Part shown: in pieces, positions 38,747 through 47,338 of the stretch
Numbering within the stretch: position 1 is the stretch's first letter
Layout: each line of letters opens with the position of its first letter
Assembly (NCBI GenBank): GCA_035935655.1
Contig: DASYWW010000046.1
Coordinates: forward strand, 90,709-154,708
Length of the DNA stretch: 64,000 bases
From: Candidatus Bathyarchaeia archaeon
Lineage (GTDB): Archaea; Thermoproteota; Bathyarchaeia; 40CM-2-53-6
Direction of reading: 5' to 3'
The notes under the pieces: model-generated
What the model saw: the letters and a program-made list of their open reading frames with translations, nothing else
What the model was told of the DNA's origin: nothing
Databases searched by the model: none
Position numbers and translations under genes: made by a program

Positions 38747-39187
38747 TTATTTCGAGCGGGCGGCGGCTGCTTTGGCTGCGAGTGCTGCGAACTCTGTTCG
38801 GCCGTAGGCTGTGCCTGAGAGTCCCCAGCCGCCTTCTGCTGCCTCGGTGAGTATTACCCAGGTGCGGCTTGCTTGGGTCGGGTCGCCGGAGATCCTGGTG
38901 ATGATGTCGGTGATTTCCTTGACGAGTTGTTTCTGGCCGTCGCGTGTTAGTGCTGCTGGTGGGGTGATGACTTGGACGCGGACGGTGCGGGCGGAGTCTG
39001 TTGCTGCGGTGTGTACGGCGTGCGGGTCTAGTCGGTGGATGAAGGCGGCGGTGTTGTTCAGGTGGAATGGGCCGGGGGTTGCGACGCCTTCGGCGCGGAG
39101 AACGGCCATGGTGAGTTCTTTGCCGAGTCGACTGTCGGTGCCGGCTGGGAAGAGGTCGCTTGGTGCGTAAACATCAATCATTGGCAT
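38747..39187 (-). CDS. Tautomerase-superfamily protein (long-form, Pro1 type)
   Basis: It begins 'MPMIDVY', which places the catalytic Pro1 after Met removal, in a ~146 aa body. Confidence 0.55.
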   Translation of the reverse strand: MPMIDVYAPSDLFPAGTDSRLGKELTMAVLRAEGVATPGPFHLNNTAAFIHRLDPHAVHTAATDSARTVRVQVITPPAALTRDGQKQLVKEITDIITRISGDPTQASRTWVILTEAAEGGWGLSGTAYGRTEFAALAAKAAAARSK

Positions 39188-39452
39188 AGGTGGCAGGATG
39201 GGGCTGGGGCTGGATATATTGACTGGCTCAGCCGTGCGTGAGCATGCTGGGTTTATGGCTGACGGTTGCTGTTAGTGGCGGGCGACTTGAGTAGGCCCCC
39301 GGACCCCTTGAGAATTCACGGTACAGATTCACTTCTGGTTTTAGTACCTGTTTCAGACGCGAGTTTCAAGAACGATTCCAGAAACGTTTTTCCATCGTCG
39401 ATTCCAAAGTGGTCTTCGATTGCGTATTTCCCGTTCTAGTCGCTTGGTGGGG

Positions 39453-42400
39453 TCAGGTCCTGCGAGGTAGTCCGCTGGTCTTGCAGAATATGTTGTTCCT
39501 GTAGATATTGCCAGTGCTCGTCGTGTCCTGATACGCGTCAAAGATGCTGTTCGTGCATGCAAGATTACTCTGAACAAGGTTGTTGGAGGAATGTGAGGTC
39601 AGTGCGAATCCATAGGCGCCGTTCCCGTTCGCGCTGTTGAATAGAATACCGTTCGATGGTGAGCTGATTAATAGAAACCCGTTATCATGGTTGATGTTTG
39701 CCCGGTTGCCTGCGAGACCGATAAGGCTTGATGCTTCCAAGCGGAAACCATCGTGAAGATTATTGGTCGCATTGTTGAGGAACAGCGCATCGAGGGTAGA
39801 CTGGGTTATCATGTATCCGTAGCTGTTGGAATAGGCGCTGTTATGGAAGACAAGACTTCGCGTTGAGGATAAGAGCTGGATTCCTATGTAGAAGTTTGTG
39901 ACTCGACAGTTTTCAACAATCACTCCCCTCCGATTATTCAACAGAATGCCTGGATATGCGCCTGCGAGCTGGTCTGTTGTGATTCCCTGGATAGTGTGCC
40001 CGTTACAATTCAACGTGACATTGTCCGCACCGATCACTATGCGACCGGTAAGGTCAGTGGTTAGAGTAGTATTGGTGCTAACTGGGAAGGTGGGGAAGGA
40101 GAGGCCGTTGATCGAGGTGGACCCGCTGCTGCCGAGGTGGCTCACATCCCCTGCATAGCCACCGGTAATAGTCTGGGGGCCGACAGAAGTAGCGGCGGGG
40201 CTGTAGCTTACTGCGCAGGTCGCGGTCGCCCCAGTGCCCGTCAAGGAGCAGGTGGAAGGAGTGAATGTTCCCGACTGGCTGCTCAGGAAGCTAACGGTCG
40301 TGGTGGGGGTTTTTGATGTCCCAGAGTCGGCATCGCTCACCGAGGCAGTGCAGGTGCTAGGATTGTTCACTACGACGGAAGCGGGAACACAGTTGACGCT
40401 CATGGATGTGGAGCGATGCGGTGTCGAGAAGTAGGCAGCCCAGCTAGCCTCGATCGCGACTGCTGTCGGGCGGTTAAGTTCCTGGCCAAAGTCGCATCCT
40501 ATCCGACACCCAATGTCGCACCCTATGCGACAGCCTATGTCACAGAAGATCCTGCATCCGATATCACAGTTAATTCGGCATCCGATGTCGCAGTTTATCC
40601 TGCAGCCAACATTGAAGTTGTCACTCTGGACGAAGTTGAACCGAAGATTTGACCAGTCATCATGACCGGTCAGAACGCTTTTCAGAGTGTCATTATTGAG
40701 ATCGTTCACGATGCCTGCGGTGAAGGTTCCACTGCAGCTCCAGTCCAACGGATGATTCAGCAGGTCTCTCTTCACGGTTCGATGGTCAGGACATACCCAG
40801 CTCGTATAGTCGCTCGCGTTCGACAAGACCGTCCAGTCGTTCAGGCTAGTCTCGTTAAGCGTCGGCAAGGCTTGGCTTGAATAGTCGAATCGGGTCACGT
40901 TTCCTGTCGGAGTCTTTGTTATGATGCCTACTACTTGGTGTTCGTAGCTCATCACGCTAAGATAGTTGGGTTTTCTGTTGACCTCATCAGTGCCACCATG
41001 CATTAGACCAAGGTTGTGACCTAGCTCATGCATGAGCGTGCCCGCTTGCTCGTTTACTGATCCTACCTTGTTGGTCCAAAGACCAAGACTGACAATGAAG
41101 TTGCTTCCGAATGTCTCCCCAACGCCGGACTCAGTGTCGCCTGGAGATGTCTGGTTGATGAACAGGCCATAGTGGAAGTAGTGCGCCCTGTTAGCGTCGA
41201 AGTAGGTTGCCTTCACGGTGTCGAACGACATGGGTTCGCTATGTGTGAAGCTAAGGGCATCCTGCTCGGGAATCGCGTTCCTGACATCAAATATGAGCTT
41301 GATGCCGGTTGACTTCAAGGGAAATCCTTGGTATGGACAACTTGCGGCAGCTGGAGTAGGAGCCGAGTCGAAAGCATTGGTCACAATGTCAAGAGCCTGT
41401 TGAAGCGGCTTGAAAGTGTAGAGACCTTGAGCTGGCTGCATGTAGTCCAGTTGTACTAGCACGGTTTTCCGGCATGGATCGACCCCAAGAGCTTGCATCT
41501 CCGGGGATAGAGCGACGAAGTCAGGTATTCCATCCCCTGGGGTGTCGAGCTTAGCTGGAGAAGGTTGAATTGTTATCTCGACGGCCGGTGCGGATCCAGG
41601 GAGTGTGCCTGTGAAAATGTCCGCTAGATTGATTGTGCCGTTGAGAGGAACGTTCCTCGTAACGATCCTTGCTGAGCCGGTAACATTCGTGGTTGGATAC
41701 TCATAGATTCCGTAGGTGGAATTTGACTGGATTGTAAGCCCGATGAAATCGCCAGGGAGAACAGTGATCAGACTGTCCGTGTAGTAAGGTATGACTGTCC
41801 ATTCAGTGAGCACAAACGGATAATCGGGTAGTCTGGCTGAAAGCACGGGTCTCGGATCATGGATTGGCCCTGCCTCAGCAACTGTGAGGAGGGTTGGTGC
41901 GGTCGGGATGGTCTTCCTGAATACTTTGAGCTGGATCCCTATGGGGGTTGGTGGGACGGTAGTCGAATTTATTACGCCGTTCATGAACTGGGCTTTCCAG
42001 CCGGTGATGTTGCCCGGTAGCACGACCTGATAGGGCAAGACCCATGTGTCAGCGAAGTTCGGCGCGCCGCCTCCCGTAAAAATGCCTGTGATATTGCCTG
42101 GACGTGGTACCGAAGAGAGAGCAGTTGGAAGATGCACTCCTAGCGATTGTGATTGAACACTTTCAGGGTCCGCTGTTAGGGTTGCTATGCAAAGGGTCGT
42201 GCAGATAGTGGTCGTGAACATGCCCAAGATCAAACATAGATCAGTGTTCGGTACGCTGCCCGTTGTCGAGGCAAATCCGATTGAGATTGTGGAACAGCCC
42301 GTTGCAAATCCGATGTGAGGATCTGCTCCGGCTGGTCCTATGAGAGATATTTTGAACAGTCGGCCCGAGGATGGAGCGGCTGTGTTGGCGCCGATGATAT

Positions 42401-42863
42401 CAAGATGTGCGACGCCGAAGCCATCGTGCGATCCACATCCAGATCCGACATTGTTGATGCAACTATCACTGATGTGACTAGCGAGAATTGTGTTCGTCAG
42501 GTCCAGGCCAGTCGCGTTCATTACGGTTGGGTCCCAGTGAAGGTATACCCCTGACGCGTTGAAGCTGGGTGATCCGAGAACGTTTACCGAGACGTCTAAC
42601 CGACCGGTAGAGTCTGCAGTCAGGCGAGGAAGAGTTTGCGGACAGGCAGTAGAATCCCCCGGGACTAGGCATACTCGACCGACGAAGGGTGGAAGCATGG
42701 GTGTTGCAGCCGCCTCCGGGGAAGGCGCCGGAGTCGGTGTCACTGATTGTGAACTGATTGTTAACAGGAGCTGTGACGAAGCAATCGCGAGGCTCAGAAG
42801 TAAGACTATCTTATATGAGGCGGATTTGCGTCCCTGACTCAGCCAACTGATTACTATCTGCAC
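39453..42863 (-). CDS. Giant secreted multidomain protein with a metzincin zinc-metalloprotease domain, a Cys-ladder repeat and a C-terminal right-handed parallel beta-helix (NosD/pectate-lyase-like)
   Basis: Signal peptide. 'HELGHNLGLMHGG' (HExxHxxGxxH) with a 'SVMSY' Met-turn. A 5 x 8 aa 'GCRIxCDI' repeat. C-terminal beta-helix repeats 'NCRVTNFYIGIQL...NSAYSNSYGYMI...NATNNLHDGFRL'. Confidence 0.7.
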   Translation of the reverse strand: MQIVISWLSQGRKSASYKIVLLLSLAIASSQLLLTISSQSVTPTPAPSPEAAATPMLPPFVGRVCLVPGDSTACPQTLPRLTADSTGRLDVSVNVLGSPSFNASGVYLHWDPTVMNATGLDLTNTILASHISDSCINNVGSGCGSHDGFGVAHLDIIGANTAAPSSGRLFKISLIGPAGADPHIGFATGCSTISIGFASTTGSVPNTDLCLILGMFTTTICTTLCIATLTADPESVQSQSLGVHLPTALSSVPRPGNITGIFTGGGAPNFADTWVLPYQVVLPGNITGWKAQFMNGVINSTTVPPTPIGIQLKVFRKTIPTAPTLLTVAEAGPIHDPRPVLSARLPDYPFVLTEWTVIPYYTDSLITVLPGDFIGLTIQSNSTYGIYEYPTTNVTGSARIVTRNVPLNGTINLADIFTGTLPGSAPAVEITIQPSPAKLDTPGDGIPDFVALSPEMQALGVDPCRKTVLVQLDYMQPAQGLYTFKPLQQALDIVTNAFDSAPTPAAASCPYQGFPLKSTGIKLIFDVRNAIPEQDALSFTHSEPMSFDTVKATYFDANRAHYFHYGLFINQTSPGDTESGVGETFGSNFIVSLGLWTNKVGSVNEQAGTLMHELGHNLGLMHGGTDEVNRKPNYLSVMSYEHQVVGIITKTPTGNVTRFDYSSQALPTLNETSLNDWTVLSNASDYTSWVCPDHRTVKRDLLNHPLDWSCSGTFTAGIVNDLNNDTLKSVLTGHDDWSNLRFNFVQSDNFNVGCRINCDIGCRINCDIGCRIFCDIGCRIGCDIGCRIGCDFGQELNRPTAVAIEASWAAYFSTPHRSTSMSVNCVPASVVVNNPSTCTASVSDADSGTSKTPTTTVSFLSSQSGTFTPSTCSLTGTGATATCAVSYSPAATSVGPQTITGGYAGDVSHLGSSGSTSINGLSFPTFPVSTNTTLTTDLTGRIVIGADNVTLNCNGHTIQGITTDQLAGAYPGILLNNRRGVIVENCRVTNFYIGIQLLSSTRSLVFHNSAYSNSYGYMITQSTLDALFLNNATNNLHDGFRLEASSLIGLAGNRANINHDNGFLLISSPSNGILFNSANGNGAYGFALTSHSSNNLVQSNLACTNSIFDAYQDTTSTGNIYRNNIFCKTSGLPRRT
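40488..40607 (-). repeat. Coding tandem repeat, 5 x 24 nt, encoding (GCRI-xCDI)x5. This gives a Cys every 4th residue across 40 aa.
   Basis: Read directly from the sequence. The units have diverged at synonymous positions (agg/cga/cgc/cgg for Arg). Confidence 0.8.
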
Positions 42864-43028
42864 TCACCTCGAGAGCAATTTTCTATTCAACCCGCCTGCG
42901 GGCCCGCCCTAGAAGAGGGAGCAAGCTGGTGTGGAATCGAAATTCAGCTTCTCGGTGATGAGAATTTAACATTGTCGGAATCGGGGGATTGACAAGGGAA
43001 GAAACGGATACAAGTACGAGAGTGTGGC

Positions 43029-46000
43029 TTAGCTGGGACCGCGAATCCAGCCTAGAAAGCCTGTCTCTCTTGACCGGACCATGACAGGGTCGAATGCGTA
43101 GGAGCCATGCTTTCCATTCTCGTCAAGAAAAGTCAGGCGAGGTCTCAGCACGTAATCACCTTTCCTACGAGCGCGAACGGTGACACTCGCCGCGTAGCTC
43201 TTGAGATGCTCGAGGCGTCTTCCCCTCAAGCTGATACCGTGACTTTCTATCGAGAGCTCTCCCTCTCGTGCTTGAAGCTCTAAGCCCTTGACGGCCAGAC
43301 TCTCTATCATGCCAAGAATCGCAGGGGCCTTTCCTATATTGACGAGCTGGAGGTCGATCGTGATTTGTTCGCCGGCTGTCACGTCTGTCGCGGATAATCG
43401 CATGCTTCCCACAACGTGAGCGTTCTCAAATTTCTCAAGACCAGTCGCGCGGTCTTCAGCTAAGGACATTGGTGAAATTGTCACATCGGCGACCGTAGGG
43501 CTTTCTGCTAGAACTTCCACTGGCATCAACAGTAGCTGCTTTTCCTCGCGGGCTCTCTCTAGATGTCGGAGAGATTCTTCTCTCTTCGCCACGTAACCGG
43601 CTTCTCCGTAGATCGTTGCGGCCAGTTGTAAGTGGTTTTCAGCGAGCTGAAACAGTTCCTTTCTTTTCTTAGAATCGATCTCAATCTCGGCCTGTCTCAG
43701 ATAGGTTAGAGCGTCGAAATACCTCTGGGTTGCCCTCGTCCAATCCGCAGCTTTTCGAATTCCCGCTTCTTCATAGAAGTCTGCGGCGGTTTCCAGATTC
43801 GTTTTTATCGACTGGTAGAGTCCGGGGTCTCGTGTTCGACGAAAAGTAACACCCAACTCTAGCGCTTTACACATCGCAGAGTTTGCTAGAGCGCCTAGCT
43901 TGGTTTTCTTACTGCCCGGCTTAGATTCGACCAGCTTGAAGGTCGAAGCGGCCTCCGCGTATAGCTCAGGTGAAGCTGTAGCCTCCGCGCTTTTCATCTT
44001 CGCCCAAGCCTCGCAGAGGGTGCTCAGCGTGTCGAGTTCAGCTCGTGTTCCCTGGTGAAGAGTCTCATTGGACAATTTCCTGAAGCTGTCAGAAGATAGA
44101 CGGTATTTGGCGGAGCTAGCTTCCTCTTCCATCCTTGAATCGAGAATCTTCGCTTCTTCGAGCTGCAATCTCGCCAGAGTATACTTGAGCCTCCCCCGAG
44201 TCATCTCGAGCCAGTTGTCCAGTTCTCTTCTTTCGGTATCGGCCGGAGTTGTTGCGGGTTTCTGTTCCAGCTCAACTAATCCTTCTTGGAAGTTGGTTTT
44301 TGCGGCGTTGAAAGATTCGATCGCGGATTGTTGCCTTTCTTGGCGGCTCATGCCCTCTCCCAGTTCGAGAAACGAGCAGGCAGTATAGTGACGTGAGAGA
44401 TGACTCCAGTTCTTGATGCTTCTCAGGTGCTCGGCAGCCTTCGTATACGCTTCAGCGGAGGCCGTGTACTGCTCTCGATCATGTTTCAGTCTGGCCTCTT
44501 CTATGACTTCCCAAGCTTCCATGTACCGAGCATATTCTTGGAATACTTCGTTCAACGCTTGGATCTTTTTTCCAGCCAGGCCATAGTCCTGTGCTGCTTG
44601 TCGGAACGATTCGGAGGCTTCTTGATATTCTCTCAACTGATCGTGGGCCTGCGCAATTTTCCACCGGATAGGCGCGATCGAGGCCAGGCTTCCAGACTTG
44701 GCGAGATGCGATATGGATTGTTGGTAAGCGTGGATGGCTTCTCGTCCTATGGGGGCTTCACTCGTCAGGTTGTAGAGCTTTTGGAGAATGTCACCATGCC
44801 ACTCCGCGTATTGTGCTTGAGCGCGGACTTGTCCCGGGAGACCGGGGACTATTCCTGTGATTGTTGCGCACAGTTTTACGCATTGGGCCATGTCTGAAGC
44901 TGCTTCCTTGAGCATGTTGAGTTTCTGTTGGTGGTTATTTTCTAGATCTGATAACTCGGCCTTGATCAGAGCGAGATAGTTTATCATCGCTCCCCTACTG
45001 AAGGAGTGAGGGCTTAGGAGTCCCAGAACGCGAACTGTTTCCTCCCTGATAGGCAAAGCCTCTTTGAGGAGGCGGGTTTTCTCTTCGTTTCCAGCATCCA
45101 TCATGGCAAGCAGGTACATGGCTCTGCTGAGCTGGTGTCCCATTCCGGTCAAGAAGGACTGATTTTCATATCTCATCGCACTCTTTGTCGTCTCTATGGC
45201 TTTCCGGAGAACGCTTCTCTTCTTGTCGATGTTGGTCTCAACTGTTAGTGCGAGATAGTTGGAGGCGTCAACTTGTATTCCGTACGCACGTTTCAGATAT
45301 TCGCCAGGTGATGAGGGTTGGAGATTGACGATCGCGTATTGTGCTAACTCGATCGTTTTCTCGAGCTGTTCTCTTCGTTTTTCCGCGTACTCCTCTCCCA
45401 AGCCCGCCCATCGTGTCATGGCTGCAGCGGGGATGTGAAATCTTCCGATCACGTATTGGTCCTGTAGCTCTTTTGCCATTCCCATGCCCTTCTCGTACAG
45501 ACCGAGGGCTTTGGGAATGTCTCCTTCGAGGTCACCTGCCAAGATGAGTAGTGCCTCCGCGGATAGGGCGTCGGCGTAGGTTGTTCCTATTTTTTCTTGG
45601 ATTTTGGGTATGCGATCCTTTAGCTTCTCCAGTTTTCTTTCGAGTTCTTCGTATCTCGGTTTTTCTAGAACGTAGTCTCCTGACATGTACAACCGGGCGA
45701 GAAGGTTAACCGCTCCAAGTCTGATCTCTTCTTGAGCGAGAGTCTCGTCCTCAACTATTCTCCAGGCAGTCTCGAGAGCAGACTCGAAGAGGTCAACTAG
45801 CTCTCTTCGTTCTTGTGAGAGATGGATAGCCTTCTCCTTGTAGGACAGTAGGTCCAATAAGGTCTCCGCAAGTTCAGCCTTGTGACCGCGAACCTCGAGA
45901 AAGTGGGCCGATTGTTGCGCTAACCGCACACACTTTCCTAGAACATCTCGCTTTTCGTTTACATCGTCCAGAGCCCAGAATTTAGAGAAGGAGGCTCGGG

Positions 46001-46313
46001 CTTGCGCTCTCTTTGCGAGGTCTTCTAAACCAGAGGTCTGGTAAGCGTGGACCGCTTTTTCCTCGGCATCTTGTGAAAGACCCATGAGATTTTTGAATTC
46101 GTCTCTTGTTCTAGATTGGAATGATGCGTAAAAGAAAGATCTTGCGAGACGCTCGGACACGTCTGCTATTCGGGCCTGATCGTTTGTGTTTTCGAGCTGA
46201 CTTAAGATTCGCTGATAATCTTCGGCCGCTTTCGTCCACTGGTATTTGCCCACATGCTGCGTCGCTTCAGCTAGCGACTTCTCGATAGCTGGCGGAGGCT
46301 CCAACGTGGACAA
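43029..46313 (-). CDS. Giant (1094 aa) cytoplasmic helical-repeat (TPR-like) protein with a C-terminal CARDB-like beta-sandwich domain
   Basis: No signal peptide and no P-loop. About 900 aa of amphipathic helical pairs rich in E/A/L/K. The C-terminal ~170 aa 'VTAGEQITIDLQLVNIGKAPA' is CARDB-like. Confidence 0.5.
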   Translation of the reverse strand: MSTLEPPPAIEKSLAEATQHVGKYQWTKAAEDYQRILSQLENTNDQARIADVSERLARSFFYASFQSRTRDEFKNLMGLSQDAEEKAVHAYQTSGLEDLAKRAQARASFSKFWALDDVNEKRDVLGKCVRLAQQSAHFLEVRGHKAELAETLLDLLSYKEKAIHLSQERRELVDLFESALETAWRIVEDETLAQEEIRLGAVNLLARLYMSGDYVLEKPRYEELERKLEKLKDRIPKIQEKIGTTYADALSAEALLILAGDLEGDIPKALGLYEKGMGMAKELQDQYVIGRFHIPAAAMTRWAGLGEEYAEKRREQLEKTIELAQYAIVNLQPSSPGEYLKRAYGIQVDASNYLALTVETNIDKKRSVLRKAIETTKSAMRYENQSFLTGMGHQLSRAMYLLAMMDAGNEEKTRLLKEALPIREETVRVLGLLSPHSFSRGAMINYLALIKAELSDLENNHQQKLNMLKEAASDMAQCVKLCATITGIVPGLPGQVRAQAQYAEWHGDILQKLYNLTSEAPIGREAIHAYQQSISHLAKSGSLASIAPIRWKIAQAHDQLREYQEASESFRQAAQDYGLAGKKIQALNEVFQEYARYMEAWEVIEEARLKHDREQYTASAEAYTKAAEHLRSIKNWSHLSRHYTACSFLELGEGMSRQERQQSAIESFNAAKTNFQEGLVELEQKPATTPADTERRELDNWLEMTRGRLKYTLARLQLEEAKILDSRMEEEASSAKYRLSSDSFRKLSNETLHQGTRAELDTLSTLCEAWAKMKSAEATASPELYAEAASTFKLVESKPGSKKTKLGALANSAMCKALELGVTFRRTRDPGLYQSIKTNLETAADFYEEAGIRKAADWTRATQRYFDALTYLRQAEIEIDSKKRKELFQLAENHLQLAATIYGEAGYVAKREESLRHLERAREEKQLLLMPVEVLAESPTVADVTISPMSLAEDRATGLEKFENAHVVGSMRLSATDVTAGEQITIDLQLVNIGKAPAILGMIESLAVKGLELQAREGELSIESHGISLRGRRLEHLKSYAASVTVRARRKGDYVLRPRLTFLDENGKHGSYAFDPVMVRSRETGFLGWIRGPS

Positions 46314-46442
46314 CGCAGGACGCTATTGAACCCCGAACACGATATTAAACCGTAAGGGGAAGCTAGTGCACCTGGTGCAATTTTCCGAGCTCCGATCCCC
46401 TAGGGGAGGTGGTCTAAAGACGGATAGATTTCGAATGGATAA

Positions 46443-46778
46443 TCATGAAGAAGGACGCTGTTCTCGAAACGCCGTTATCTTCCGCGCATCATTGTAGGCC
46501 AATGTGATCAATTCCTTCGCCTTCTCGACATCTCCCTCGGATCGTACATGGAAGGTAACCCATCCGGCCCGTGCCGGTGTAAACCGGTGCCTCTCAGCCT
46601 TGCCTTCACGAAGCACCCGCTCTTGGTCCTCGCGCGACAAGTGAATGTCCAGATATCTCGGGCCATGGCTGTGCATGAACTGGCGACCGTTGACCTGATA
46701 TTCAGTTCCGCCAAAACTATGCGGTCCTTCAACAACACCCGGCAATTGTAACAACCACTCTCTCAATCCACTAGTCAT
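46443..46778 (-). CDS. Small conserved hypothetical protein (possibly DUF5519/luciferase-domain-like)
   Basis: 'GGTEYQVNGRQFMHSHG...LDIHL' pattern; weak recall only. Confidence 0.25.
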   Translation of the reverse strand: MTSGLREWLLQLPGVVEGPHSFGGTEYQVNGRQFMHSHGPRYLDIHLSREDQERVLREGKAERHRFTPARAGWVTFHVRSEGDVEKAKELITLAYNDARKITAFREQRPSS

Positions 46779-47338
46779 GTTCGTCCACCACGCGAGTATT
46801 CTGGAGGGTTGAGTGATCCTAAAAGGACTGAATCCTAGCGTTCTTCGTCACAGCAATAACGCTGAAGCGCGCCTAAGAGAGGGAAGTCTATAGTTGTGGG
46901 GGTGATTACACATCCGAGACAAGTGACTCAACAAAAGCGATACAGCCCCCCTGAGGGGGCCTTCAGTAAGTGGGCGAGCTCTTCGACGAATTCATCAGAG
47001 ACAGATTGATACTAGGTTAGTTGCTCGTCGAGGGCTGCTCTAGGTCCAAGCTGAATTCAGGCCTGCTCATTAGACTTGACCGACTTCCTGAGATTATCAT
47101 CTGCCCCTTTCATTGGAGTAAGATTTGAACGAGAGGACGACGATATCTTAAACCGTGACCGGTTCTCTTGAGCCGTGATACTTTCAAGATAGGATAAACC
47201 GGGGTGGTGGGCTAGCTGAAACCTGGAGGAGAGGGGCTGGGGATCAAGGGTTGGCTGCGAGGTCCGAAACAGAAAGGTGCTGGTCCCAAGGTTGAGAGGG
47301 TCGCGGCGGGGAGAGAGCGAATTGCCATTCTGCCGTTC

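Noticed and set aside
46949-46967. Perfect GC hairpin GCCCCCC-TGA-GGGGGGC as an intrinsic terminator
   Set aside because: There is no adjacent oligo-T tract as used by archaeal termination, and it lies upstream of the nearest minus-strand gene, not downstream. It is mentioned only within the TolB/TPR finding.
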